From: a virus
Strand: one strand, 5' to 3'
Length of the DNA: 64,000 nt
Virus record (IMG/VR): IMGVR_UViG_3300019776_000213
Coordinates: 1-64,000 of that record
Notes under the pieces: model-generated
The model's input: only the letters and a program-made list of their open reading frames with translations
Database searches by the model: none
What the model was told of the DNA's origin: nothing
Program-made: the position numbers and the translations under genes
Part shown: positions 31,088 through 41,560 of the stretch, piece after piece
Layout: each line of letters starts with the position of its first letter
Position numbering within the stretch: the stretch's first letter is position 1

Positions 31088-31461
31088 AACTTTACTTTCC
31101 TTTTTAAATAGTTTATAATTATTGGTGATACGAGAACAAAGCAAATGATCTGCATGTATTCTAAATACTGTGCTACAATGTAATAGGAGTCAAATCTTGG
31201 ATGTATTATATTTATTATGTGGCTTATTCCAAGCATAGATGTTATACATAATAATGGAATGCTGACGATGCTAGTCTGGTATGCGCAAATTATAACCATT
31301 GTCAGTTCAGAAGATATGCAGACAAAATTCCATAAGTAATAATTAGTTATGTAGTCAGTGGGCAGATACCGTGTTAATGCTATTAAGAGTGCTAACATTA
31401 TTGTAACAGAATCTGCCCTATTTAGATACAATGCAGCTAGAAGGATAGCTGCATAAATCAT
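31057..31461 (-). CDS. 4-TM membrane protein
   Basis: Four hydrophobic segments; starts 1 nt after the upstream stop. Confidence 0.65.
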   Translation of the reverse strand: MIYAAILLAALYLNRADSVTIMLALLIALTRYLPTDYITNYYLWNFVCISSELTMVIICAYQTSIVSIPLLCITSMLGISHIINIIHPRFDSYYIVAQYLEYMQIICFVLVSPIIINYLKRKVKLCLQKFGCGY

Positions 31462-31462
31462 A

Positions 31463-31570
31463 TTAGTTAGCTACTGGAGTTGGCGGAGGCGATTTTCCTC
31501 CTCCTGTTTGTGGCGGAGTTGGGTTTGTGATCGGATCACCTTCCGGAGCAGACATATTAAGTTTCAGCAT
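31463..31570 (-). CDS. 35-aa Pro/Gly-rich peptide nested in-frame at the end of the HNH gene
   Basis: AAGGAAAATCAAATT-ATG; MLKLNMSAPEGDPITNPTPPQTGGGKSPPPTPVAN. Confidence 0.55.
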   Translation of the reverse strand: MLKLNMSAPEGDPITNPTPPQTGGGKSPPPTPVAN

Positions 31571-32158
31571 AATTTGATTTTCCTTCTCTATATAATCACT
31601 CTCTGAAAGAGTGTGGTTGACATCTTCGATATTAAAGATGTTTGATTTCCTGATGTTATCAACAGCAGGTAAAATTTGTAAATTAAACTCGTTGTGAAGT
31701 CCACAAACTAAGTCATTAGTAATAGGCACAATATGATCTACGTGATAAGAAACACCAAGCCAAGCTTCAAACCTTTTAGCTTTACCATATACGGAATTAA
31801 TATGCTCTTGATTAGCCCAACAAACCGAAGCATTTCTTTTAAGTGCTTTTCTTCTGGCATGAGCAGCATTGCAAACGTGTCTATTCTGTTTCTTGTAAAG
31901 ACTCTTCTTTAACTTTATAGACTCTTTATTCTTTTCTCGGTACTTCTTAGACCTTATCTTGACATCAGCTATATTTCTGTAGTATCTTTCTTTATCCTTT
32001 TGACGTATTGTTTCTGCATTTTCAGTACGTCTGTCTCGTTCTTTTTGAGCTAAACACTCTTTACACTCAGACCGATGTTTTCCAGATTCTTTTCTTATGC
32101 GATATTCACTCAGTTCCTTAACCCTGTGACAAATCCTACACTCCTTACAATCCCTCAT
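31463..32158 (-). CDS. HNH homing endonuclease
   Basis: CRIC..CKEC zinc finger; HVDHIVP..VCGLHNEFNLQILPAVDNIRKSN. Confidence 0.85.
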   Translation of the reverse strand: MRDCKECRICHRVKELSEYRIRKESGKHRSECKECLAQKERDRRTENAETIRQKDKERYYRNIADVKIRSKKYREKNKESIKLKKSLYKKQNRHVCNAAHARRKALKRNASVCWANQEHINSVYGKAKRFEAWLGVSYHVDHIVPITNDLVCGLHNEFNLQILPAVDNIRKSNIFNIEDVNHTLSESDYIEKENQIMLKLNMSAPEGDPITNPTPPQTGGGKSPPPTPVAN

Positions 32159-32592
32159 ACTCCACCACTACCTTCATGCATAGTAGACAATGTAGCGTGT
32201 AAAGTATTAGGAGTAAATCTCCAAGGCTCTTTCATTCCCAAGGATGCTGCCACAGCTTCTGAGCAGAACCATTTCTTCTTGTTATCACCAATAAACCCAA
32301 TAACAAAATGAAGATTGCCTTTCAGATCATAACCTTGTCCTTGGTGAGTTGTAAACCATTTTCTAGCAACTTCTTCATTGACATTTCCAACATCTACAAA
32401 ATCCCAATTATCACTGGAATATGTGATATTCTTAAATCTTACCCCACCATCAATGAAGCTGGCAGAAGCTGATATGTTGTCGCTAAAAATAAGTTCACAG
32501 TGGGAATATGTACCTCTGTCCCATGCTCTTACAATAACATTGTACAATCCTGAAATACCTGTATGTGTTCCCTTATAGAAAGCGACAACCAT
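32155..32592 (-). CDS. Permuted papain-like (NlpC/P60-YiiX type) amidase
   Basis: YSHCEL ... GYD ... WFCSE (His before Cys). Confidence 0.7.
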   Translation of the reverse strand: MVVAFYKGTHTGISGLYNVIVRAWDRGTYSHCELIFSDNISASASFIDGGVRFKNITYSSDNWDFVDVGNVNEEVARKWFTTHQGQGYDLKGNLHFVIGFIGDNKKKWFCSEAVAASLGMKEPWRFTPNTLHATLSTMHEGSGGV

Positions 32593-32593
32593 A

Positions 32594-32914
32594 TTAACCT
32601 CCGAAATAAAGTTTTCTTAAAGATAAGTTTTCTAGGTTACTAACAGGGCGATAAATAATCGCTTGTATGAGTTCTAGAGTAACTAAGTTACAAACTGTTG
32701 CAATATAATTCAGAGCTGTTAGCACATCTGGTCTGCGCAGGTCTATCCATTTACGAACAGATACATCTAACAATAGTGCCTTTACACCAGCATCTGTTGA
32801 TGTAATCACTTGCATCTTAGCAGCACCAAATCTATCAAAGAATGCACCAACGTCTATAAGATTAGTGTATTCTGGTAGGTCTGAATTTACTTCGCATGAG
32901 ATATATTCTTGCAT
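32594..32914 (-). CDS. Putative tail fibre assembly protein
   Basis: Directly follows the fibre gene; AFFDRF..IDL motif. Confidence 0.45.
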   Translation of the reverse strand: MQEYISCEVNSDLPEYTNLIDVGAFFDRFGAAKMQVITSTDAGVKALLLDVSVRKWIDLRRPDVLTALNYIATVCNLVTLELIQAIIYRPVSNLENLSLRKLYFGG

Positions 32915-34185
32915 TATTTCACCCTTACATAGCCGAAGTTAGGTCTTGATGGGACATTGCTTAAAGCTGCCAATGGTTGTACAAATGGAGCAGAAGACCC
33001 CGTGTACTCACTCGAAGTGAACCAGTTGTTTGCATATATCATCCTGTTACCAGCCGTACCAGTACCATTCTGAACGAATATCATCCCTGTTCCTGCTGGA
33101 ATACATGCCAAGCCAACATTAGTATTTGGTATGGTATTAGGGATAATTTGCCGAGTAGTAAACTTTTGAAAGTCTGTGGTGTATGCGAACTGGAAGGCAC
33201 TGCCAGTGGTAGCTTGCCCAGTTCCTGTCCCTATAATAAATCTTGTACCGTCAAAATGGATACTAACTTCATTCAAGAATGCAAAACTTGCAGTACTTGT
33301 ACTACTTGAAGCATATAATCCCGAAGGAGTAATATTTGTCCAGCTACCAGTTGCACCCGTAGTAGATGTATAAATCTGTGATGTAGTAGTAGCTACAAAC
33401 ATACCAAGACCTACTGAAAAACTTGTACATATTGCTGGCATAGTCACTGATGTCCAAGCTGTACCTACTGCATTAGTACTCTGCAAAGCAACTGTAGAGC
33501 CTGTGCAAGTTATTAGCCAGCGTGAAGCTCCTAATGATGGTAGGTTAAGAATAATTGGCAAACCTGTTAAAGTTGTTAAGGGAACTGTTTGGGCTGTTAA
33601 AGTAACACCATCGGATGTTGTAGCTATTTGAGTGAAACCAGAATTATATCCTGATACGATAACCGCAGTAGTGCCATCCCAAGCTATTCTTGCCAAGTTA
33701 GCAGTATTCTCTGCCAAAGTTACCGTACCACCAGCAGTAAATGATGTCCCTGTTGTTGAATATGAACATCTAATTGTTGTAGACCCTGAACCTGCTGCAA
33801 GAATGAATCTGGAACCGTTCCAGATAACAGAATAACCATTTAAGCCAGAAAGATTATGTGCTACGGTGCTCCAACTTGCACCACTATTTGTTGATACTAA
33901 CACATTAACAGAATCATTATAACAAAGAACAATAGTACCAGAGCCATTATTAGCACAGCCAGTAATCTTAGCAAATGAGACTGGTAACGTCACTGTGCCA
34001 GCTCCATGCACCATAATTGTTTCAACCCCCGCTGTCAGTGGGTATGTACTAGTAAGTGCAACTACACCACTTCGCAAGAATACACTACCATCTGCACGAT
34101 TAATTGTCGTACCTGAATCTGGAAAATATGTGGCATCACCTATAAGAAATCCACCACCAGACATAAATTGATTAATATTACTCAT
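32914..34185 (-). CDS. Tail fibre/receptor-binding protein (beta-rich, BNR-like repeats)
   Basis: Thr/Ser/Gly-rich with STNSGASW, STTGTSF, SDGVTL repeats. Confidence 0.65.
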   Translation of the reverse strand: MSNINQFMSGGGFLIGDATYFPDSGTTINRADGSVFLRSGVVALTSTYPLTAGVETIMVHGAGTVTLPVSFAKITGCANNGSGTIVLCYNDSVNVLVSTNSGASWSTVAHNLSGLNGYSVIWNGSRFILAAGSGSTTIRCSYSTTGTSFTAGGTVTLAENTANLARIAWDGTTAVIVSGYNSGFTQIATTSDGVTLTAQTVPLTTLTGLPIILNLPSLGASRWLITCTGSTVALQSTNAVGTAWTSVTMPAICTSFSVGLGMFVATTTSQIYTSTTGATGSWTNITPSGLYASSSTSTASFAFLNEVSIHFDGTRFIIGTGTGQATTGSAFQFAYTTDFQKFTTRQIIPNTIPNTNVGLACIPAGTGMIFVQNGTGTAGNRMIYANNWFTSSEYTGSSAPFVQPLAALSNVPSRPNFGYVRVK

Positions 34186-34862
34186 ACTAAAGCCCACCCC
34201 CTTGTTCCACCAACATACAACAACTCAAAAGAGATGTTCTTATTTGGCACTAGCATATTTTCTAAAACACCTTCGATTGGAATACCACCAGAAACATTTA
34301 CTGTTAAATTGGCTGCACCGAAGTTCCCATATAAATCTTTGAAAGCAATCTTTGATTGATTCTGTACCAAGAATGTACTTGGCAGTGTAATAACTACTGC
34401 AACTGAAGTTGTATCAATTAGTAGATTATCACCAGCAACTGCTGTATAATTATTATTCACTACAAACCAAGCGGCATTTACTTGCAATAATGTCCAATTT
34501 GTAGGATCATTCTTAGGGTCAGTGGTAGATGAGCTTGATGCAGTAGTTTTGCGATAAGTTTGAAAATTTATCAAGCTGATTGCATTTGAATATTGAGCAT
34601 ACACTTGCCCACTTACCCAAGGAGCTGCATTGGCTGTAGCTACTACAGTATTCTTAGAGTTTACTGCATCTGTAGCTGCTGCTTGAGCTATACTAGCATT
34701 TGTAGCGGTTGTTGCAGAAGCTGTGTTAATTTCTCCTGCCACTGTATTAATTTGTGTTACCATTGGTGGAAGAGCTGCTACAAATGTATCAGATGTTGTT
34801 ACAAATGTAGGAGCATCCATCGTCCTAGCCGGAGCTGGAGGTAGAGCTGTAATTGTTGTCAT
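34182..34862 (-). CDS. Tail tip/fibre adaptor protein
   Basis: Position; WVSGQVY..DPKNDPTNW CBM-like motif; YTAVAGD..ITLP. Confidence 0.6.
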   Translation of the reverse strand: MTTITALPPAPARTMDAPTFVTTSDTFVAALPPMVTQINTVAGEINTASATTATNASIAQAAATDAVNSKNTVVATANAAPWVSGQVYAQYSNAISLINFQTYRKTTASSSSTTDPKNDPTNWTLLQVNAAWFVVNNNYTAVAGDNLLIDTTSVAVVITLPSTFLVQNQSKIAFKDLYGNFGAANLTVNVSGGIPIEGVLENMLVPNKNISFELLYVGGTRGWALV

Positions 34863-35755
34863 GTAAGTCCTTCAACGTAGAGAGAGCACATAGAATATGT
34901 TGGGTATGGTATTGTTATTGAGAAATCTCTGTAGAACCCATAAATCTTTGTTGCTTCGATGTTATCATCACCGATGTAGTAAATAGGTGTATCCCTGTAC
35001 CCTGTTAATACTCCATGCAATTCATCAATGTAACTATTTGGTAACAAGAAAGTAAATTCACCTTTCTTGCGAAACGTTCTTGGAACAATAGACACATTAC
35101 CAAAAGCATCAACAGTTTTAGTGGAAAAAGAATCTATACCTACTTTTGCTCCAACTTCTGTACTACCCAAATCTTTAAAGTTGCCTAGTAACAATCCACC
35201 AATCTTGGCTGTTCCAGAAGGTGCAGCTACTGTTATAGTGATAGTAGCGTTATTGGTAATTGGTAAATCTGTAAAGCTATCACCAGTATCTCGCTTAATT
35301 GGTTCAAAGAAGTAGCTATACCAATCTGTAATACCAGAATAAGATGTCAAACTTTGAGTTTTATTGTAAACAGTCCCATCCAAGGGGTCGTTCACAAGTA
35401 TAGATATTGAGTTAGCATCAACATTCAAGAATGCAACTGAATTGCACCTTCCTGACATCTGGTATACGTTAACAATTGAAGCTGCATTAGTAGTTTGAGA
35501 CTGGACATATTGATCATGCAACTTCCAACGATTAGTAGCACTTACAAATAACCAATTAACAGTATCTGTAACAGGGTTGTGACCAACATTAGAAGCTGTT
35601 AAGCTTTTGTATATCTTATGTACCCCTGTTGTTACTATTACTTGGTCATTCAGGTTGTAAGTTGTACCAGAGTTGTAGACTGGAAAATCATTCTCTGGTA
35701 CATTTGACGATATTAACGTAGAGTCAGTAATTGTGTACGGTTGTATAAGCTTCAT
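34859..35755 (-). CDS. Distal tail protein with CBM-like motif
   Basis: First gene after tape measure; YNSGTTY..HKIYKSL..NW. Confidence 0.6.
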   Translation of the reverse strand: MKLIQPYTITDSTLISSNVPENDFPVYNSGTTYNLNDQVIVTTGVHKIYKSLTASNVGHNPVTDTVNWLFVSATNRWKLHDQYVQSQTTNAASIVNVYQMSGRCNSVAFLNVDANSISILVNDPLDGTVYNKTQSLTSYSGITDWYSYFFEPIKRDTGDSFTDLPITNNATITITVAAPSGTAKIGGLLLGNFKDLGSTEVGAKVGIDSFSTKTVDAFGNVSIVPRTFRKKGEFTFLLPNSYIDELHGVLTGYRDTPIYYIGDDNIEATKIYGFYRDFSITIPYPTYSMCSLYVEGLT

Positions 35756-35770
35756 AGTTTCCTTTCACAA

Positions 35771-38700
35771 TTAAGCTGTTGGTAGAGATGTAGTAACCCA
35801 GATACCAGCTCCAAAATCATTTCTGGTAAGTACTTTAGCAGTCTTATCAGTAGAAGTGGCAATAGCTTGTTGCTGTGCATTACTTTCTGTACGCATTTTA
35901 CTTACCTCCTCTTTCAATGATTTTATTTCTGTTATAAGTTCTGCATTATTTTTTCCAGTGTATGCTGCTGGAACAATCTCTTCACCTGCGTGAATCTGTG
36001 CTATCATGTCTTTAGGCACACTGTCTGTACCAACATCAAAGCTTGGTAAAGTTACGCCATAGTTTGTAGAGTAGCCAGTTGCAGTTTGAGCCAAGCTATT
36101 AGCTGTCATCGAGCGAATATAAGCTAATTCTTCTGCTGTTCTTGCATTCTTCTCTGCTAAAGTTAACAATGCTTGAGATAATGAAGGAAGCAATTTAGCA
36201 GCTTCTTGGTCACCCGATCTGGCTTGAGCAGTTGCAATAGCAAACTTTGACTGAGCTTCTGCAAACCCCATCCCAGATGCTTCATCTACTAATCCACGAA
36301 TGCGTTTTACTTCGTCCATGATTGTGTTAGTGATAGACTGCCATGCATCTTTTACAGCTTTAGCAGCCTGAGCAGCTTGGTCAGCGGCTTGTTGTGCAGC
36401 CTGAGCAGCAGCTTGATCTGCTTGAGCTTTTGCAGCAGCCGCAGCTTGTTCATCTTGTAATGCCCAAATACGCTTTTGCAACTCTTGGTTAGAAGGGTCT
36501 AACTTATCAAGCTCGCGTTGACGGAGTTCATCAGTCTTACCTTGCAACTGTAACAACTGAGTCTCTAACCCATAACGTTCATCAGCAGCAGCTTTCAATC
36601 TTGCTGTAGAAGCATCCATTGCAGACTTCTCATCTTGCAAAGCATACAATCTTCTCAATAAGGCTTGTGTACTAGCATCAGCACCTTCAAGTTCTTTGGC
36701 GCGTATCTGTTCTGTTGTCATATCAGACTTCAGAAGTGCATCAATTTGATCTTGAATTCCTTTGTTAGTGGTTGCTAATGCTTCTGCAAGAGCTGTTGCA
36801 CTATTAGCGCTAGAATTACTATAGTCTGCCACTTGTTTGAATGTAGGAGCTAATAGCATCAAAGCTGCATACATTGCTCTACCAGAGTCAGTAGAAAGAT
36901 CAATACCTTGAACTAACTTCTTATAATCGTCAATTGTATTGATATTTGTGATATGATACTGGTCAAATATTTTGGCAACTTGATCCTGTGAAGGTTTAAT
37001 CTTCTCTGCTTCTGATAAGAAGTTTTGAGCAAAATAAGCTGACTGAGAGATGAAAGCCTCTAACCCACCAGATGCTTGTACTAAGGCATCCTTCATCTGC
37101 ACAAGTTGTTCAGTAGTATAATTAACAAACTGAGAAAAAGCCGCATCAGCAGTTTGAAATACTTGCATCATACCAGTGCTGAAAGTTAATCCAAAATTCT
37201 TAACAGCAGCATCAACAGTAGTAACTTCAACAGCTAAACGTGTCAATGTTTCAGCAGCAGATTCATTCTCTTTAGCCAACCCTGCATAAGAGCCAATAAT
37301 AGATGTTGCCATCTTATTACCAATATCTTTAAACATATTTGAGATATTGGTATTAGTTTCATCAGCAGTTTTACCAATTGCAAATGACATTTCATCATTA
37401 CGTTTTGAAATATCGTCAGCATTGATTCCAAGAATCTTAGCATAATCTTGTGTAGACGTTTTTAAAGCTGCATAACTATCGTTCAAAGCTTTCAACAAAG
37501 CTTTATCACTTGTAAGGCTTGCTGTGTCTGTATAACCAACACCATCAGCCATTGCAACAGAGTTTGCTAAGTTATAAGACCATGTACCAGACCGATCACT
37601 TCTGAACATACCACCTTGTTGACTCCAGTTAACATTTCTGTTAATATTTTCAGTACCAAGAGTGCCAGATACATTAGAGCCAGTAATTTGCTTCTCGCCC
37701 ATGCTGAAACCAGATTTCAGTACACTATAAACAGCATAGGCTGCTGCAATGTACGGTACAGCTTGTAACACAGGGGCTAACGCACTACCTATTTGCATAC
37801 CAACTGTTGATCCAAGCCCAGACCCTACACCAGCACCATTAATACCACCGCCAACAGATGCTAAGAAATCTGAGCCAATCTTTGTACCTATGCTACCTAA
37901 TGAGGAACCAATCTGACCTGCAAAGTTAGTACCCAGATTCATAAAACTAGAGAACAAATTTCCAACACCACTAACCATACTAGAACCAGTACTAGCAGCA
38001 TTTACACCAGATGCAGAAGCTGCTAATGGATTCAATAGACTAGCTCCCATAGCAGCAATAGGTTGAATGATCGGACTAAGAACAAGTCTAGCAAACCATT
38101 CTTTCATGTCTTTGATAAGTTTCTTAACAAAGCTTGTACCATTGGAAGATAATGCTTCGTATAAGCCATCACCAATTTTCTTGTTAGCGGCTTGCCAATC
38201 TGCTTCGTACTTTTTAGCAGCTTTATCTGTCTCTGCTTGCTCATTCAGTTGCTGACGGAACTTTACTGTACGTTGCAACTGTTCGATGAGTTGAGCATTT
38301 AATACTAACTCTTTTTCTTTGTTAGCTTGGACTGAAAGTAACTCTTGTTCTTCTAAAGCGTATTGAAGATTAACTTCTTCTTTAGATTTAGCTAACTTGC
38401 CATGATTCTTAATAGCTTGCTCTAATACGTCTGCTTCTTTTGTAGCAGTATCTAAAGCTTTCTCTCTTGAAGAAATATCTTCTTGAGTTGCTTTTAGTTC
38501 ATCTTTCTTGGCATTATAAAGTTTTTCAATAGCAATTGTTTCTTGTGTAGTTGCTATTGCACTTCTAATAATAGCTTCTTCTTGCTTTAATTGAACAAGT
38601 GTTCCTTTTTTAGTTGATTCTGCTCTACGAGAGATATTTACTTCTAACTCTTGTTCAAGCTTAACAAGTTGCTTTTCACCAGCAGTGCGTTTATCATCTA

Positions 38701-41089
38701 AACCAGTTTTACTTATTTGCTCATAAGCTTGTTGAATCTCTTTAAGTGCTGCTAAAGCTTTCTGATCGTAATCAAGAGAAGTTTTCTTGAAAGTATTAGT
38801 CTCAGTATATTTCTCTTTGATCTTTGCAACTGCTTTTTCATAATCTGTTGCACTCAGCTTTGCTTTGTCAAGACCTTCAATTTCATCTTTCATCAAAGCT
38901 GCATCATCAAACTTTAATTTCTTATTAAGCTCTGCACGATATTTAATGGACTCATTTTCTTTATTCTTTAAGTCAATTAATCCTTGTACTGCATTTGCTT
39001 GTGCTACTTGTTGTTCTAAAAATGCTTTATCTGTTTTATTTCTACTGATGCTTAATTCCATAGACTCGATAATAGCGGTCTTACCTTTCTTTTCAAGACC
39101 TTCTCGCATTTTACTTAATTCTTGTTCTCCGGCAATAATAGACTTATTCAATTCCTCTATTCTTGTCTTTTCTTTAGCATATTTTTCTTCACCTGAGTCC
39201 ACGGCTTTAGCTTGATTTACTTTATAAATAGTTTCAAGTTGCTTTGTAAGTTCCCTGTTAACTCTGGCAATATTGCCTACTTCAGTTTCTGCATACTCAG
39301 TAGTTTTCTTAACTGCATCACCACCAGCTATTTTGTAGTCAATCCAAGCTGCCGTTGCATATCCAATCGCACCACCAATAGCAAGTAAAGCTGGAATTAC
39401 TGCTGCTAAAGATAAAGCTGTCAATGCTGTTCCTGCTACCGCTATAGCTGCTGCCAGCGCATCAAAAGCTATAGCTGATTTAACAAGCCACTCTGCTAAA
39501 TTTATTGCAATCATAGAACCTATCAAAATTGATATTGGCTTTAAGTTGTCATAAATAGCTATGAAGGTTTTAATTAATATTTCTGCAATTCTTGGAAGGG
39601 ATTGCTCAATGCTGGTTACTGTTTCTGCCAACTTCTCATTAAGTCCTGTACTCTTAGACATCTCACCAATTGCTTTGTACCAAGCATTTTTAAGACGTTG
39701 CATAGCACCATCAACAGTGAGTGGGAGGCTTTCAAAATCCTGTCTCCACTTAGGAAGGGCATTAGCCATAGCATCAGATAATAACTGAGCACCAATCTTG
39801 CCTTCTGACCCCATTTTCTTCAGGGTTTTAGTAGTATTTTCACCCCACTTACCAGTTCTTCTCAGTTCATCTTCAATAGCTCGAAGAATCATTGGCGCGC
39901 CTTCGGCTACAGCATTAAACTCTTGACCTTGTAGCTTTCCAGAGTTCATAGACTGAGAGAATTGAAGCATAACAGAAGAAGCTTCTTGTGCAGTTGCACC
40001 AGAGAGTTTCAAGGCTAAGCCCATTCCTTCTACCATTCCCATAGTATCTTGAGATGACTTACCAAGCTGTTGCAAAGGAACCGACATCCTTATGTATAAC
40101 TTGGATGCATCTTCAAGTGGAATACGAAGCTTTTGAGCTAAATCATATAATCCAGACTGAGTACGTATAGCTTCTTGAGAAGACCCTGTAGCAATTTTTA
40201 ATTTAGATTGCATCATCTGCCAAGCATCGCCTTGCTCAATGATGCCTTTAGCCATGTTCACACCAATATAAGCGGATGCAGCTACAGCCATAGACTTCAG
40301 AGTATTATTCCAGATGGAACCATGACCATTCATATTCTTAATGGTCTCTGTAGCTTCTTGGTGAGCCTTATTAGCGTCTTTTACTTTTGCTGTATACTGC
40401 TCATAATCTCTCTTCTGCTGGATAAGATTTCTCTTATCTTCTTCTGCTTTCATTGCTTTATTCATAGCAATTGCTTCAGCTTGAGTTCTTGCATAGTCTT
40501 TTGCAGAGGCATTGTAAGAATCCATTTGCTGTTTCTGAGCATTGAGATTTCTTCTATTTTCTTCAGCTATGAGAGCTTTATTCATGGAGATAGCTTCAGC
40601 TTGAACACGAGCATATTCTTTCATAGCTGCGTTATAAGCTTCTTGTTTTTGCTTCTCTGCCAATAAATTTCTTCTAGCTTCTTCTGCTATTAAAGCCTTA
40701 TTTATAGCAAGTGCTTCTTGATGAGCCTTAGTATATTCTTTAGCAGAAGCATTATAAGCATCAATATCTCGCTTTTGTTGCAGAAGGTTCCTTCGGTCTT
40801 CCTCAGCAATGAGTGCCTTATTAATGCTTATTGCTTCAGTATGAGCTTGTACATATTGTTTAACAGCTACGTTGTAAAGTTCTGTGTCACGCTTTTGTTG
40901 AATAATAGCTTGCTTATCGGCATCGTTAATAAGCTTTGTGTTACTAGCAGTATTAGCTGTAGCTATAAAAGACTTAGTTTCTTTATCGACACTCTTAGCT
41001 GCTTCCGCTAAGTCTTTTAAGTCGCCAGTAGCTTTTGTAATACCTTCCGACTTAATTTGAATTGCCAAGCTGGAAATGTCGATTGCCAT
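35771..41089 (-). CDS. Tape measure protein
   Basis: 1772 aa, Ala-rich helical; tape-measure domain QFSQSMNSGKLQGQEFNAVAE; C-terminal FDVGT..IAQIHAGE. Confidence 0.95.
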   Translation of the reverse strand: MAIDISSLAIQIKSEGITKATGDLKDLAEAAKSVDKETKSFIATANTASNTKLINDADKQAIIQQKRDTELYNVAVKQYVQAHTEAISINKALIAEEDRRNLLQQKRDIDAYNASAKEYTKAHQEALAINKALIAEEARRNLLAEKQKQEAYNAAMKEYARVQAEAISMNKALIAEENRRNLNAQKQQMDSYNASAKDYARTQAEAIAMNKAMKAEEDKRNLIQQKRDYEQYTAKVKDANKAHQEATETIKNMNGHGSIWNNTLKSMAVAASAYIGVNMAKGIIEQGDAWQMMQSKLKIATGSSQEAIRTQSGLYDLAQKLRIPLEDASKLYIRMSVPLQQLGKSSQDTMGMVEGMGLALKLSGATAQEASSVMLQFSQSMNSGKLQGQEFNAVAEGAPMILRAIEDELRRTGKWGENTTKTLKKMGSEGKIGAQLLSDAMANALPKWRQDFESLPLTVDGAMQRLKNAWYKAIGEMSKSTGLNEKLAETVTSIEQSLPRIAEILIKTFIAIYDNLKPISILIGSMIAINLAEWLVKSAIAFDALAAAIAVAGTALTALSLAAVIPALLAIGGAIGYATAAWIDYKIAGGDAVKKTTEYAETEVGNIARVNRELTKQLETIYKVNQAKAVDSGEEKYAKEKTRIEELNKSIIAGEQELSKMREGLEKKGKTAIIESMELSISRNKTDKAFLEQQVAQANAVQGLIDLKNKENESIKYRAELNKKLKFDDAALMKDEIEGLDKAKLSATDYEKAVAKIKEKYTETNTFKKTSLDYDQKALAALKEIQQAYEQISKTGLDDKRTAGEKQLVKLEQELEVNISRRAESTKKGTLVQLKQEEAIIRSAIATTQETIAIEKLYNAKKDELKATQEDISSREKALDTATKEADVLEQAIKNHGKLAKSKEEVNLQYALEEQELLSVQANKEKELVLNAQLIEQLQRTVKFRQQLNEQAETDKAAKKYEADWQAANKKIGDGLYEALSSNGTSFVKKLIKDMKEWFARLVLSPIIQPIAAMGASLLNPLAASASGVNAASTGSSMVSGVGNLFSSFMNLGTNFAGQIGSSLGSIGTKIGSDFLASVGGGINGAGVGSGLGSTVGMQIGSALAPVLQAVPYIAAAYAVYSVLKSGFSMGEKQITGSNVSGTLGTENINRNVNWSQQGGMFRSDRSGTWSYNLANSVAMADGVGYTDTASLTSDKALLKALNDSYAALKTSTQDYAKILGINADDISKRNDEMSFAIGKTADETNTNISNMFKDIGNKMATSIIGSYAGLAKENESAAETLTRLAVEVTTVDAAVKNFGLTFSTGMMQVFQTADAAFSQFVNYTTEQLVQMKDALVQASGGLEAFISQSAYFAQNFLSEAEKIKPSQDQVAKIFDQYHITNINTIDDYKKLVQGIDLSTDSGRAMYAALMLLAPTFKQVADYSNSSANSATALAEALATTNKGIQDQIDALLKSDMTTEQIRAKELEGADASTQALLRRLYALQDEKSAMDASTARLKAAADERYGLETQLLQLQGKTDELRQRELDKLDPSNQELQKRIWALQDEQAAAAAKAQADQAAAQAAQQAADQAAQAAKAVKDAWQSITNTIMDEVKRIRGLVDEASGMGFAEAQSKFAIATAQARSGDQEAAKLLPSLSQALLTLAEKNARTAEELAYIRSMTANSLAQTATGYSTNYGVTLPSFDVGTDSVPKDMIAQIHAGEEIVPAAYTGKNNAELITEIKSLKEEVSKMRTESNAQQQAIATSTDKTAKVLTRNDFGAGIWVTTSLPTA
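40350..40920 (-). repeat. About five 40-aa (120-bp) degenerate repeats in TMP N-terminus
   Basis: RRNL..QK....YNA.AK.Y...H.EA...NKALIAEE repeated. Confidence 0.85.
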
Positions 41090-41101
41090 ATTATTCCTTT
41101 A

Positions 41102-41560
41102 TTAATCTTCTTCGCCAAGCTTATCAAAAAGCTTATTCATTTGTTCTTGTACTTTAAGGCGTTGCTGTTCTTTTTCATCAGCAATAGCTCTTGTGATTGG
41201 GTCAAGTACATTAACTTCTTCATTTGCACTTAATCTCTCATTAACATAAGCCTTGCTCATATTCATTATCTGAGAAACTTCCCACACATCTAATTCTCTT
41301 TGTGTTGCTGTTGTCCAAGCGGTTATCTCGCTCCAAGACAACGGTATTACTCCATTCATATTACTTCCACAAATCCCTGCCTCATAAAACAAAAGAACTA
41401 GATACTCAGCAGTTACTTGTGGTAAATTGAGTTCTAGTTCTTGACCTTCTTTTTGTTTTAATTGTGCGAGCCTACTCTTCTTAGCATCTTTAGGAGTACT
41501 GTGATACCATCCTAATTGACTTGCAAATAGAGTAAGCTCTTGAGACAGGGTTAGAAAAAA
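41102..41560 (-). CDS. Tail assembly chaperone GT extension (-1 frame)
   Basis: -1 frame open from the slippery site: FLTLSQELTLFASQLGWYHSTPK..., joining ORF 41102-41392. Confidence 0.8.
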   Translation of the reverse strand, partial: FFLTLSQELTLFASQLGWYHSTPKDAKKSRLAQLKQKEGQELELNLPQVTAEYLVLLFYEAGICGSNMNGVIPLSWSEITAWTTATQRELDVWEVSQIMNMSKAYVNERLSANEEVNVLDPITRAIADEKEQQRLKVQEQMNKLFDKLGEED

